The notes beneath the pieces are model-generated. The model did not search any database, was not told the DNA's origin, and was given only the letters and a program-made list of their open reading frames with translations. Below are positions 29,566-39,993 of a DNA stretch of 64,000 nt, piece by piece (positions within the stretch are counted from its first letter, which is position 1; the number at the start of each line of letters is the position of its first letter). Where the stretch lies: the IMG/VR virus record IMGVR_UViG_3300028176_000002, positions 32,497-96,496 of that record. One strand, given 5' to 3'. Made by a program: the position numbers and the translations under genes. This DNA comes from a virus.

Positions 29566-31425
29566 TTATACACCGCTTTCAGTTGTTAGTTCTTTAGTTT
29601 CGAAATTATATTTACATGGTATTGTTGAATTCCTATAGTTGCCCTTGGGGTCCCTCAATTTGTCGACCTGCCAATGACCACTACTACCATCTTCAGCGTC
29701 CATAAAATATCTAGCAGCTAAGGCTGGCATCTGAACTACCATTGATGGAGCGTACCAGTCAAAAGAAGCAGGTTTTAACTGCATAAAGATAACCAGAATT
29801 CCTCCTTTACGTGCCATTTCTTCCGTAAAGAATTTAAATATAGTATCTGTATTCTCTTTTTCTGACACTAATAACCAGTCTAGGATAGTAAATGCATTAG
29901 GTTCAATTTCAATCGACAATGGATTTCCGTGATATGCCTGATAGAAATCATTTTCTTTTAATCCTAATTTACTTGCGGTTTTTTGATACCTACTTCCAGA
30001 TTCGGAATAAATGTAGTAAGGCTTTATTCCTTGTTTAACTAATTGATGAATAAAATTCATACTGGTAGTAGTCTTTCCGGTTCCTGGAGTAGCACCTAAT
30101 AATATAATATCTCCCTCTTCAAAATCTTGCAAATATTCAAAGTAAGGCATCTTATATTTTAATGCTGTTCCGATTTTACCCCAGCTATCCGTCCATTCTA
30201 CTCTTTCTCTAACTTTATATCTACCTCTTGATAATCGAATCGCTTTTCCATCTTTAACAAATTTTGATAAATATTTATCTACTATTGCTCTAGATAATTT
30301 TAAATTATCCATGATATCTTTCGCATTGACATCATTTTGTAACATTTTTAAGTATTCATATATCGCTTGTTCTTGAGTTGTATCTTCGGCAGTTTTATAT
30401 TTATCTAATGAACCAATCATAGCCTGAATTGCTTGCTGAGGCATAGGGTTTTGTAATAAATTACGGTTCATTAAACTTAAAATAAACTCAGTCTGGTCTG
30501 CATTGAATTTATTTATTAAAATACCGCCTAATTTAGTAAATGTATCATTGCAACATCCATCTAAACCATTATTCACTAATTCAATTACACCGTCGGAAGA
30601 AGATGATATTTTAGTAGGTTCTTCTACCTTTCTACCTACTTCTACCTTCAATAATTCCAATAACTTAGCTTTTAATTCTGCAGGAATAATTTTGATTTCT
30701 GCGTCGATAGTTTTCCAATTATAATTTAAATTTTCTATCTTAGACGGTTGAATCAGTACCTGCCCACCGTCATTTCGGGTATCAATTTTTAAACCTGCAA
30801 TATTTACTGTCTGAGGAATATCTTTATCATACTTAAATACATAATGTGTTCCATGTGGAGAATTCTGCATTAATGTTTCTGCAGCAACTAATTCTGCTAG
30901 TAATATGTTTCTAGCTTCATTCTGGTCTTGATTAAAATCAACATCAATTACAGTTATTCCACTAACTTCACCGGTTCTAAGACCTAAGTTATAACCATTA
31001 TTCAACCATTTTATCCAATCCATTTTATCTAAATGAGTAACATTTGTCCAATCTTTCTCAATTGGATGCTTTCCGTTTTTAGCTATCGGGACTAAAGACC
31101 AAGCATTTTTCTTATATACATCTAATTCAGAATAAATATCTACTGCAAAAGAATTAATTAAATACTCTGTAATCTGAGCATCTGTATAATTCTTTTTATC
31201 CTCCTCTAGTATTCGGACTGCATCAAAAAAAGTTCCTCTCCAACCACATTGCATGCAGGTAATTTTTTGAGTACCTGAAATAGTTGTAGCTGTAGGACTT
31301 TTTCCAATGTATTTGTGTCCTGCTAGATTTGGACATGTAAATAGATTTTGTCCATTCTTACTTGTCTTCTCAAAAGTTTTTAATTTACTTTTAAGATAGT
31401 CGAATAACTTATCGTTAACATTCAT
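29566..31425 (-). CDS. Prim-Pol primase fused to RecA-like helicase
   Basis: N-terminal Cys cluster; Prim-Pol motifs VIDVD, GTHY, DTRNDGGQV; Walker A ATPGTGKT; ILDW. Confidence 0.85.
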   Translation of the reverse strand: MNVNDKLFDYLKSKLKTFEKTSKNGQNLFTCPNLAGHKYIGKSPTATTISGTQKITCMQCGWRGTFFDAVRILEEDKKNYTDAQITEYLINSFAVDIYSELDVYKKNAWSLVPIAKNGKHPIEKDWTNVTHLDKMDWIKWLNNGYNLGLRTGEVSGITVIDVDFNQDQNEARNILLAELVAAETLMQNSPHGTHYVFKYDKDIPQTVNIAGLKIDTRNDGGQVLIQPSKIENLNYNWKTIDAEIKIIPAELKAKLLELLKVEVGRKVEEPTKISSSSDGVIELVNNGLDGCCNDTFTKLGGILINKFNADQTEFILSLMNRNLLQNPMPQQAIQAMIGSLDKYKTAEDTTQEQAIYEYLKMLQNDVNAKDIMDNLKLSRAIVDKYLSKFVKDGKAIRLSRGRYKVRERVEWTDSWGKIGTALKYKMPYFEYLQDFEEGDIILLGATPGTGKTTTSMNFIHQLVKQGIKPYYIYSESGSRYQKTASKLGLKENDFYQAYHGNPLSIEIEPNAFTILDWLLVSEKENTDTIFKFFTEEMARKGGILVIFMQLKPASFDWYAPSMVVQMPALAARYFMDAEDGSSGHWQVDKLRDPKGNYRNSTIPCKYNFETKELTTESGV

Positions 31426-31969
31426 ATCTGTCTCCTTTTGAAATATTATCTAGAGCCCACATGGGTTGTAAATTCAGGTAATGAAAACATTTAGATTGCT
31501 CTTCTGATTTAGTTAAATCGAACGAAGCACAAGGTCTAATGTGGTCGATGTGCCATCCATCGTAACCATAATTTTTCCAATCCATTCCCGCAGTAAATTT
31601 AGATTCAAGATGTTTCTTTAATTCTTCGATTGAACAACCGAGAAGTTTTAAAGTAACTTTACTTTTATTAATACCTTTTAATGATTTCCATAATCGTAAA
31701 CGCAAATTACCTAAAATCCTAAAACTAATATCAGTATTTTTCCTATTATTTTGATATTTTTGATGATATTCGTTGTATTTTGTAATATTGTTAGTTCGGT
31801 GTTTTTTCTTATAATCAGAAATAATTAATATATTTTTCTGATAATATTTACTTGAGTAATTTTTCAACCTCAGTTTTTTACTAATCATTAAACACATTTC
31901 AGAACAATATAATTGATGATTTGATTTTAATTCAAATAATTTTTTACATTCTTTACACGATTTTTTCAT
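31415..31969 (-). CDS. HNH-type endonuclease (NLQPLW family, copy 2)
   Basis: WHIDHIRPCASFDL...NLQPMWALDN. Confidence 0.8.
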   Translation of the reverse strand: MKKSCKECKKLFELKSNHQLYCSEMCLMISKKLRLKNYSSKYYQKNILIISDYKKKHRTNNITKYNEYHQKYQNNRKNTDISFRILGNLRLRLWKSLKGINKSKVTLKLLGCSIEELKKHLESKFTAGMDWKNYGYDGWHIDHIRPCASFDLTKSEEQSKCFHYLNLQPMWALDNISKGDRYEC

Positions 31970-31970
31970 T

Positions 31971-32645
31971 TTAGTCTTGTTTTAAATAATCTAACAATGA
32001 ATCTGCTACAATTCGTGTAACCTGTGCAATACCTTCTGGGTCTAAACCGTCTAGGCATTGAGCACCGCATAATACTGCTGCTGCTGCATTTAATGCATTA
32101 CCTTTTTGAATCTGTGCGGTTTTTTCTGGAGTATCATAGCCACCAGATTTAGGTTTCCACTGTTTCTTAACCGGATTCTTTTTATTGCAAGGAAAACATT
32201 TAGTATATTTATCATCTTTTAATGCTACACCGCAGTCAACACATTTCGGACCGATTTCTGGACCGGGTGCATCTAATGCGGTGTTATTTTCTGCTGGTGC
32301 AGCTTTTGCTGCGATGTTACATTCATAACATTTTTTAAATTTACCATCTTTTAATTCTTTTCCACATTTTTCACATGCATATCCAGTCGTGGATGGTTTT
32401 GGTGCTTCTTGTTTAACTGGTTCAGGTGCTTTTTGGGCAACTGGAGCAGCATTAACTGTTCCACGAATATCAGAAACCTTTTTAATCTTTCCGTTTAATT
32501 CATAGACGACAACAACTTCAGCACCCTTTTCATATTTAGCTAAAATTGATGTGTCCGCACAATTAAACCAACCTTCTTGACCTGTAACCATAAAACCTTT
32601 CCCATTTCCTGCTTTGACTTGAATTGTACCCTTTAATTCTAACAT
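31971..32645 (-). CDS. Putative ssDNA-binding protein with two Zn ribbons
   Basis: Beta-rich N-terminus and a duplicated CxxCG..LKD.K..KCxxCN unit; lies between exonuclease and primase. Confidence 0.4.
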   Translation of the reverse strand: MLELKGTIQVKAGNGKGFMVTGQEGWFNCADTSILAKYEKGAEVVVVYELNGKIKKVSDIRGTVNAAPVAQKAPEPVKQEAPKPSTTGYACEKCGKELKDGKFKKCYECNIAAKAAPAENNTALDAPGPEIGPKCVDCGVALKDDKYTKCFPCNKKNPVKKQWKPKSGGYDTPEKTAQIQKGNALNAAAAVLCGAQCLDGLDPEGIAQVTRIVADSLLDYLKQD

Positions 32646-32828
32646 TTTACTCCTCCTTATTTAATTGTGTCCATATCGTAGGCATATTTACCTACTATCA
32701 TTGTATAGTGATAATCATCATATTTGCCTTGACCGCCACAACTACAGCATCCTTTTCTTTTTGCAGTAATACCGTTTAATGTTTTATTGCATCTTCCGCA
32801 TACCATTTTTCTAATTTTCTTTATAACT

Positions 32829-33572
32829 TTAATCATTATTCCTCCGATATAATTTATCAATATCAGCAGCGATACTTCTATAAGGTAATTTTCTCGTATA
32901 CAGGTTCTTTGGTAAAAATGATTTAAATTTTTCTAATATTGGTTGTTCAATAAAATCCGGTAAAGGATTAATTAAATCTACAATTTTTTTTCTACGGTCA
33001 AACTCCATTTCTGACGATGGAACAGTAAGTAAATTATCGGATACGTCTCCATGAATCTTTTCCATTAAAACTTTCATAGGATTCTTTACTATTTTATATT
33101 TTTTAGTCATTGGCGAAAATATCTTTACATTTGGAAAGTTACATAACATTTCCCAGTCTTTATCACTTGAAACTAAAATAATTTCCCTATCGGTATAATA
33201 TCTGCATGCTACTGAAGCCCAATCATCTGCTTCCACTTTATATGTCTTGCAAAAATACCACGGTAATGCTAAATCTAAAACTTCAGTAAATTGATTAAAT
33301 TCATCATAAACAGTTTTCCACCATGTTGAATCCTCTTTTGACTCCCTAAAATCTTTACGTTGAGCTTTATAAACATTATCTATTTCTTTTCTCCATGAAC
33401 CATAATCTATTGCTGCGATTACGATATCATCTTTCCCTAAACCAATTTTCTTTAAGTAGCCAATACACATTCTTAAAAATGTATATGTAACTGGAACTTC
33501 CTGCATATGACGATAAGCAAAGATTGCTCTATGCATAATATAACCAAAATCCAATACTATAACTTTACTCAA
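32829..33572 (-). CDS. 5'-3' exonuclease / T4 RNase H-like flap nuclease
   Basis: WRK..YKAQR, EADD, SSDKD, GDVSDN. Confidence 0.9.
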   Translation of the reverse strand: MSKVIVLDFGYIMHRAIFAYRHMQEVPVTYTFLRMCIGYLKKIGLGKDDIVIAAIDYGSWRKEIDNVYKAQRKDFRESKEDSTWWKTVYDEFNQFTEVLDLALPWYFCKTYKVEADDWASVACRYYTDREIILVSSDKDWEMLCNFPNVKIFSPMTKKYKIVKNPMKVLMEKIHGDVSDNLLTVPSSEMEFDRRKKIVDLINPLPDFIEQPILEKFKSFLPKNLYTRKLPYRSIAADIDKLYRRNND

Positions 33573-33914
33573 TTTCTTCCTCTCTACTATCGCAAAATAT
33601 AAATATAATAGATATAATCATACCTATATCGATAATTAATAATGCTCCTAAAAATAAACTAAAATTACTCATTTAATAATTCTCCGCAAGCAGAACATAG
33701 GTTCTGATTATCTTCACTTAAATTACCGCATTTAGGGCAAATTTTCATTTGATTATCTCCGAATGCATTGATGTTCTTAAATAAATATTTTCTACATCTT
33801 TCCTAATTAATTTTTGAAACCATCTATGATGACACTTTTTAACCAAGCAATAGCAGTTATCTGATATGTTATCCACTTGAATAAATATGCTATCGCACTT
33901 CGGACAACTTTCCA

Positions 33915-34364
33915 TTATCTCTCCGTTTTATTATATTCTTTACGATTAGCTTCAACTCTATCCTTTGTATCATAATAAAGACTCTCTGCGGATTTCAAGT
34001 ACCCACAAATCAAATCCCGGGCATTTCGATAGTTTCTAACCGCATCTTTCGCCTCTATCGTGGCACTGCCATCAGTGAATTTTACTCCGGTTGTTTCTGA
34101 ATTTAACTTTTTAGAAACATAAAACCTATATTCTTTCTGTTTCTTTAATGATAATGCTTTGCTGTATATTGGTTGGAGATTGGCTATTATCGCAGCCAAC
34201 TGTGTCTTAACGGTATTAAGTTCATCCGTAGTGGTTAATACTCCCCCGATTAACTGACCGCCAATGCTATCAATTTCATCAAAATAATCCTTGGCTAACT
34301 TTCCTAATAACTTGGCAATATCTTCGTCCGTTTCGAAATACTTAACAATCTCATTATAAAGCAT
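33915..34364 (-). CDS. Helical protein, possibly UvsY-like mediator
   Basis: All-helical 149 aa protein in the replication block; weak resemblance only. Confidence 0.3.
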   Translation of the reverse strand: MLYNEIVKYFETDEDIAKLLGKLAKDYFDEIDSIGGQLIGGVLTTTDELNTVKTQLAAIIANLQPIYSKALSLKKQKEYRFYVSKKLNSETTGVKFTDGSATIEAKDAVRNYRNARDLICGYLKSAESLYYDTKDRVEANRKEYNKTER

Positions 34365-34375
34365 ATTTCCTCCTA

Positions 34376-35017
34376 TTAGTGTTTAATCCTATTATCTCTC
34401 ATCCATAAAGGTTGGAGATTTGTATAGTGAAAGCATTTATACTGTTCTGTTTCTTTATCTAAATCGAAACTTGCACATGGAATTATGTGGTCTATCTCCC
34501 ATTTCCCGTAATTATCCCATGTCATACCATCAGCAAATAAATTACATAAATATACCCTCAAAAAATCGATATCACACCCAAGTAATTTTATAGTCTTCGA
34601 TGACTTTGAATTGTATCTTAATGCATTCCAAATTCTTTTTCTCATATTGCACAGTAGTCTAAAATTTATGTTATTTTTCTTTCTTAACTTCATATATAAC
34701 CGTGCTTTTAATTTTATTTCTTCTTTATGTGTTTTACGATAATTAACTTGATAATTCGATTTATATTCTTTTATTTCCTGTTTGTGTTTTCTATTATATT
34801 CTTTTTGTTTATTTAAAATCTTTTCTCTGTTTTTTATGTTATAATTCTTATGATTTATTTTTATTTTTTCCTTATTAACGGAATAATACTCTTTAGCGTG
34901 TTTTAATGTTCTCTTTCGATATTCGTCATAATTTATCTGACTACACTCATCAGAACAACATTTCTGATTATTGAATTTAGGAGAAAATTTTATTTGACAT
35001 GCCTTGCAAATTTTCAA
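34376..35017 (-). CDS. HNH-type endonuclease (NLQPLW family, copy 3)
   Basis: WEIDHIIPCASFDL...CFHYTNLQPLW. Confidence 0.8.
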   Translation of the reverse strand: MKICKACQIKFSPKFNNQKCCSDECSQINYDEYRKRTLKHAKEYYSVNKEKIKINHKNYNIKNREKILNKQKEYNRKHKQEIKEYKSNYQVNYRKTHKEEIKLKARLYMKLRKKNNINFRLLCNMRKRIWNALRYNSKSSKTIKLLGCDIDFLRVYLCNLFADGMTWDNYGKWEIDHIIPCASFDLDKETEQYKCFHYTNLQPLWMRDNRIKH

Positions 35018-35232
35018 ACTTTTCTCCTTTTTTTGGCTTCTTCTCTTTTTTGTTCCGATGGCTTTATATAATAACGTCTCGCCTTCACTTCTTTTAATAT
35101 TCCTAATTTATCGACATTCTTGATGAAAGATTTAAGCATTCTTTCAAAATTATAGTCGATAGGAACATTTTCTGGAAGTTTTACTTCTGTCTTTTTAGTT
35201 TCTTTATCTCTAGGGTCTGCCATATTATTCAC
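35014..35232 (-). CDS. rpsU: Ribosomal protein bS21
   Basis: FERMLKSF...GILKEVKARRYYIKPSEQKR. Confidence 0.85.
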   Translation of the reverse strand: MNNMADPRDKETKKTEVKLPENVPIDYNFERMLKSFIKNVDKLGILKEVKARRYYIKPSEQKREEAKKRRKV

Positions 35233-35454
35233 TCACGAACTGTCTGCCTTCTAGTTCTCCTGTGATTGTCTGGTCTACTTTTAAACCAGTTGTTACAAAT
35301 TCTCTATCTAATCTTAATTTTTTCCCAGCAATCTTTATTTCTACTCTACCCAACATTACTTTTCTCACTAACAAAATTACCGCCACACACGTAGTTCCTA
35401 CCAACGTTAAATCAATCATTGCAAAAATAATAAAAGCTGTTGTTAACTCGTCTC

Positions 35455-35826
35455 TCATTTCTCTACCTCCTTAGTAGTTTTTAATGTTTCATGTAAATAC
35501 CCCATTACATTAAATAAAATTGCACATAATACTCCTGACATTGTTAATTCTTCTTTTGTAATATCATCATATCTTTTATGACCACGATGCATAAACCACA
35601 TATCCAAAAAATGTCTCCATAATGATTTCATATAGGCATCTTTTGGTATTCCTTTTTGCCAATTATCAGAATCCCTTAATTTTCCATCAGCTTGTATCCG
35701 ATGTTTAGTCATATAGTTACCAAATTCCTCAATAACTAACGGACTTAGGAATCCTTCATAATCATTCTTTCCTGCATCTGTGTTACGTGTAGCCCCGGAA
35801 CCGAACTGTCTCATCTCAGTTGACAT
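35455..35826 (-). CDS. dATP/dGTP diphosphohydrolase-like protein (DUF5664-related)
   Basis: F.SGATR....GK.DY, DNWQKGIP, SLWRH. Confidence 0.55.
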   Translation of the reverse strand: MSTEMRQFGSGATRNTDAGKNDYEGFLSPLVIEEFGNYMTKHRIQADGKLRDSDNWQKGIPKDAYMKSLWRHFLDMWFMHRGHKRYDDITKEELTMSGVLCAILFNVMGYLHETLKTTKEVEK

Positions 35827-36425
35827 TATTTCTCCTCTTTCTTTTCTGCTACGATTTTAGGTTCTACTCTTTTCAATTTATACTTTTCATCAATAAACTC
35901 TAAATATTTCCCGACTGTAGGAAATACTTCTCCATTTGTATTCAAAATCATTTGAATCAGACTTTTAGGTAATTCTTTTTTAGGCATGTCTGTGATAAGA
36001 TATAACGGTTTATCATATCTCATACCTATACCGCATTCTGCATAACTTCCACAACACACATCTCCTTTATGTAACGTAAATGTTAACCAATCTGAAATTA
36101 AACAATAATCTTCATCTCCGGGAATATGCATTATTCCCTTTTCTGGGTCAATGTAATATCTTCCTTTCCAGATTTCTTTAGCTTTAGCACTAAACAAATC
36201 CCAATTACCAGATGCTAACCATCCGTTCATTTTCTCTTTTACTGCATCTGTCGACATTCCAGTTTTCATTGCTTCTAATCTTACTGGATTAATCGGATAA
36301 ATATTTCTCAACAATAGTTCATTTTCAACTTCAGTACGTTGAGATTGACCGTCGTCTTTCTCTTTCGGTTTTTCCATTGCACCGATTAAGTAAGTGGTAT
36401 ACTTGTATCCGTCTATTTTAAACAT
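35826..36425 (-). CDS. Nucleoside 2-deoxyribosyltransferase-like protein
   Basis: YLIGAM, INP, D....SD, GSYAE.G.....KP. Confidence 0.6.
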   Translation of the reverse strand: MFKIDGYKYTTYLIGAMEKPKEKDDGQSQRTEVENELLLRNIYPINPVRLEAMKTGMSTDAVKEKMNGWLASGNWDLFSAKAKEIWKGRYYIDPEKGIMHIPGDEDYCLISDWLTFTLHKGDVCCGSYAECGIGMRYDKPLYLITDMPKKELPKSLIQMILNTNGEVFPTVGKYLEFIDEKYKLKRVEPKIVAEKKEEK

Positions 36426-36426
36426 C

Positions 36427-37281
36427 TTAACTCACCCCCCTCAAGAATTCTAGTATTACACTTAATCTTACGCAACCGTGTATCATCCAAGCAGGAACGG
36501 TCGGAGAAGGCTGAACCGGAATTAAGTGAGACATTATCCCTACTAATTTACCTTCTCTTGTATAAATTCCTCCACCTGAATTTCCAAAGTAAGAAGAAGT
36601 TGCAATCATATACATAAAATTTCCTTGATACATGATTACTCTCGCATCGCTAACTACGTCTTCAACTCCCATTGGATTACCTACTATATACAATTCATTC
36701 GAGGTTTCTGGTTCTATATCCGCTATTTCTACATATATTCTAGGAACAATGTTTGGGTCTTTTGGTCTTAATAAAAGTAAATCATTACCATCTTTCGTTA
36801 ATTCTTCGCTATAATCCTGTTTTACAATTTCTAATTCGCAGATAGTTTCTCCGTTTTCACTTAGAGACAATTTATCTGTCGGTGTAGTAGCCATGTGCCC
36901 GGCAGATAAAACGTAGTATCTATCTTTATATTTAATAGTAACTCCACTACCCGTTGCATTGATTGTTTCATTAACTACAAAAACATTTATTTGTTTTAAT
37001 TTTGCTTCAAGTTCCAATTTTTTTAATTTTTCTTTCTCGGGAACTTGTTCTATTTTTTTATCTAAATCTTTATAATTATCCTCTATATCTTTTTCTACAC
37101 CTTTTAAAGTGTAATCTGTTATTCTTTCAGAAGATTTTAACTGTAAAGTCAAATCTTCTATTTTATCAAACGTCTGATACTGTGTAATTCCTAAGACTAA
37201 TACTCCGCCTAAAAATAATCCTATTATCACGCATTCGATTACATCCAGAATCACACTTTTTTTCTTAATTACTTTTTTCAT
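36427..37281 (-). CDS. Membrane-anchored trypsin-like serine protease
   Basis: N-terminal TM, GSG, SAGH, NDL, GNSGGG. Confidence 0.9.
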   Translation of the reverse strand: MKKVIKKKSVILDVIECVIIGLFLGGVLVLGITQYQTFDKIEDLTLQLKSSERITDYTLKGVEKDIEDNYKDLDKKIEQVPEKEKLKKLELEAKLKQINVFVVNETINATGSGVTIKYKDRYYVLSAGHMATTPTDKLSLSENGETICELEIVKQDYSEELTKDGNDLLLLRPKDPNIVPRIYVEIADIEPETSNELYIVGNPMGVEDVVSDARVIMYQGNFMYMIATSSYFGNSGGGIYTREGKLVGIMSHLIPVQPSPTVPAWMIHGCVRLSVILEFLRGVS

Positions 37282-37513
37282 TTAGACTCCTTTGCATTTT
37301 CTGCTGCGATGAATTTAAATAGACATATATAATTACAAAAATTATATTCTGTTCCATCTAAGGAAGAACCATACCCAAAAGTAACCGTAATCGGAATACC
37401 CTGACTAAGATTTTGACCACACGTATCACATACATACTCTTCTTTTATTCCCGGTTCTTTTCCGCATGAATTACATGTTCCGCATTTGCAACCATCACAG
37501 TAAACTAATTTTT

Positions 37514-38266
37514 TCATTTTGTCTCCTTAAATTTTGAGAGAATTTCATTTAGTAATAATAAACCACCAATCATTTGATTATCTTCTGGTATTTTTCCGGG
37601 TATTTCAATACATAAAGAATATATTGCACCCCTTTGAAACATTGAATCATCCATCGAACCATCTTTTATAGGTTGAACTACTACACCCTTTATACATTTT
37701 TCTTGATAAACTGTATCAGAATCTAGTACCGGTAATTTATTTTTCTTCAATGTTAATAAACTTTCTTCTGCTAATGATTTTTTATCCGGTCTTTTTCTTT
37801 CATAAAGATAAAATCCATTTTTTCCTGTATCAGAGTGAATGTCGATAAATAAATCAATTTTATTTGGTATTGCTTCACCTATTAATCTTGCTTCTTCCGT
37901 AAGATTTTCTTCTTTAGTTTGATTAAATCCAGTATTGCCATATTGATTTTTTCCTGTCTTTCTAACATTATAAGAATATCCATACGGATTAACTATAGGA
38001 AATAATATAAAATTATACTGTCCTAATAATTCTTTATTAAATTCCTGCAAGAATCTAAGCATAACTCTTACTCCAATTGATTCTGTTCCATGAGCCCCGG
38101 AATTAATTACAACATTATACTTCGCTAATTTAGAATGAGTATGAAAAGATATAAACGGATAGCATTTATCATAATGTATAGAACCCAGAATTTCTAAATC
38201 AAAAGGAGACTGGGTATTGATAAATTCGTTTAAAATTTTTAAATAATTTCTAGTTGGTCTTTTCAT
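37514..38266 (-). CDS. M14-type zinc carboxypeptidase/deacylase
   Basis: GAHGTE, NPYG, IDIH, C-terminal IEIP. Confidence 0.8.
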   Translation of the reverse strand: MKRPTRNYLKILNEFINTQSPFDLEILGSIHYDKCYPFISFHTHSKLAKYNVVINSGAHGTESIGVRVMLRFLQEFNKELLGQYNFILFPIVNPYGYSYNVRKTGKNQYGNTGFNQTKEENLTEEARLIGEAIPNKIDLFIDIHSDTGKNGFYLYERKRPDKKSLAEESLLTLKKNKLPVLDSDTVYQEKCIKGVVVQPIKDGSMDDSMFQRGAIYSLCIEIPGKIPEDNQMIGGLLLLNEILSKFKETK

Positions 38267-38274
38267 TTATCTCC

Positions 38275-38556
38275 CTATACCGATGTATGGTCGATTGCAT
38301 TTTTTGGTTTCTTCCTATTTTCCCATTTCATAATAACCCAATTACCTACTCCACACGATAATGCATAAGCCACTAATAAAGGAACTGTATCGCCATCTTT
38401 GATTGCATAACTTATAATAAAAAGGTATATGGACATGTAAACTACCATCAAAATAGTTGATGTAGTTACTTGCTTCTTTGTAACGCTAAGAAGATAACTC
38501 GTATAAAGTAGTTGTTCAATAAAACCAACTATAAATACGAATAGTATCTTTAACAT
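38275..38556 (-). CDS. Small 3-TM membrane protein
   Basis: Hydrophobic; YA....GN motif. Confidence 0.55.
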   Translation of the reverse strand: MLKILFVFIVGFIEQLLYTSYLLSVTKKQVTTSTILMVVYMSIYLFIISYAIKDGDTVPLLVAYALSCGVGNWVIMKWENRKKPKNAIDHTSV

Positions 38557-38835
38557 TTTTCTTCCTCACGTATTTGCGTAGCTACTCTTACTAAATCGTG
38601 GTCTATCTCGGAAATACTTGCTATCGCTTTTTCTAATGCAATATTTAAACCACAATCATTATGCCTTTGCGAAATTTCTTCCAGTTTTCCTGCAATATCA
38701 ATTAAATCTTTGTATAATTGACCTAATAATTGTGCGTCATTCGTAAAATTAACAAAGTTCGGATTGCACGATTTATAGTCAATCCCGCATTTTTTACATG
38801 ATTCAGTAATCAGATGGCTTATCTGTTTATCCATT

Positions 38836-39186
38836 CTACTCTACGTCTCCATTTTCCGAAATTTTTAGGTCTTCATAAATTGCAATCTGTTCATCATAAG
38901 ATTCCATCAGTTCTTCTAGATAATAACCAATATTTTTATGCAATCTTCTAGAAATTTCTTTACCACATCTAATCAAAGCTCCAGTCATATCATTATATCT
39001 TTGATAATTGGGTTTCGCACCCAAAAACTGCTCAACATAACCACGAATAATACTTTCTACACCGATTCCATAATCAACATGTTTTACAAAATAAAATATT
39101 TGATAATTAAGTTCCCCTGCGGATAAAGCAGGTTCGCCTTTTCTCAATGCTTCTCTTCTTCCATCATCAGCTTTAATATAAGGCAT
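38836..39186 (-). CDS. Conserved phage protein (MPYIK...GELNY family)
   Basis: MPYIK, GELNY, YN...GAL, YEDLKI.ENGDV. Confidence 0.65.
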   Translation of the reverse strand: MPYIKADDGRREALRKGEPALSAGELNYQIFYFVKHVDYGIGVESIIRGYVEQFLGAKPNYQRYNDMTGALIRCGKEISRRLHKNIGYYLEELMESYDEQIAIYEDLKISENGDVE

Positions 39187-39993
39187 TTTAATTCTCCTTT
39201 TCTTTTAACTGAATATATAATGTACATTCTTTACACATAAAAGCATCTGTATCACATTCAGTATCAATATATAAGCATTTCATATTAAACCCTTTCGACA
39301 TACATGCTTGTTCTTAAATATATATTCTCTATTTTATTTCTAATTAAATGCATAAACCATCTAAAATTGCATTTTTTAACTAAACAGTAACATTCATCCG
39401 TAATATTGCTAAATTGAATAAATCGTGTACCGCATTTAGGGCAAATTTCCATTTTATCCTATCTCCTTCTTTATTCCTTCCATTACATCTTCCCGTACTT
39501 GGGCATTCTTAGTGAAATCTAGCCAAAATTGCCTAATTGACTGCCTAGATTTGCCTTCTTTTACCATTTTCCGGTCAATATACTGTAAAATCTTCAAAGC
39601 CCTCTGAAGGTCTGCTTTGACCTTATTATGCTTATCGAATTCAGACTTCTGTTTACGATATTCCGGGTCTAATATAAGCAATAAATTCTTATATTCTTGT
39701 AAATGAATCTTATAATATTGCTTTAAAACGTCTCTGATAAAATAAACTAATTCTTTTGGAGAACGTTTTTTAGGAAGTTCTCTTACTAAAAATAAAATCA
39801 ATGCATAATGTAACTTAATTACTTTATTTAACATCTTCTTTTCCTTTCTGCTCTACATCAATTATTGATTTACAATTAATACATAAATAACCTTTTTTAG
39901 TTTGACCTCTTTGATTCCGCATAATAACAGGTGTTAAATAATTATTGGGTAAACATAATTTGCATTTATCGCATGAGTTCATTGTTATCTCCT

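Noticed and set aside
33723-39450. Repeated TACCGCATTTAGGGCAAAT at ~33724 and ~39428
   Set aside because: Explained by two mini-genes that both start M.ICPKCG; coding similarity rather than a regulatory element.
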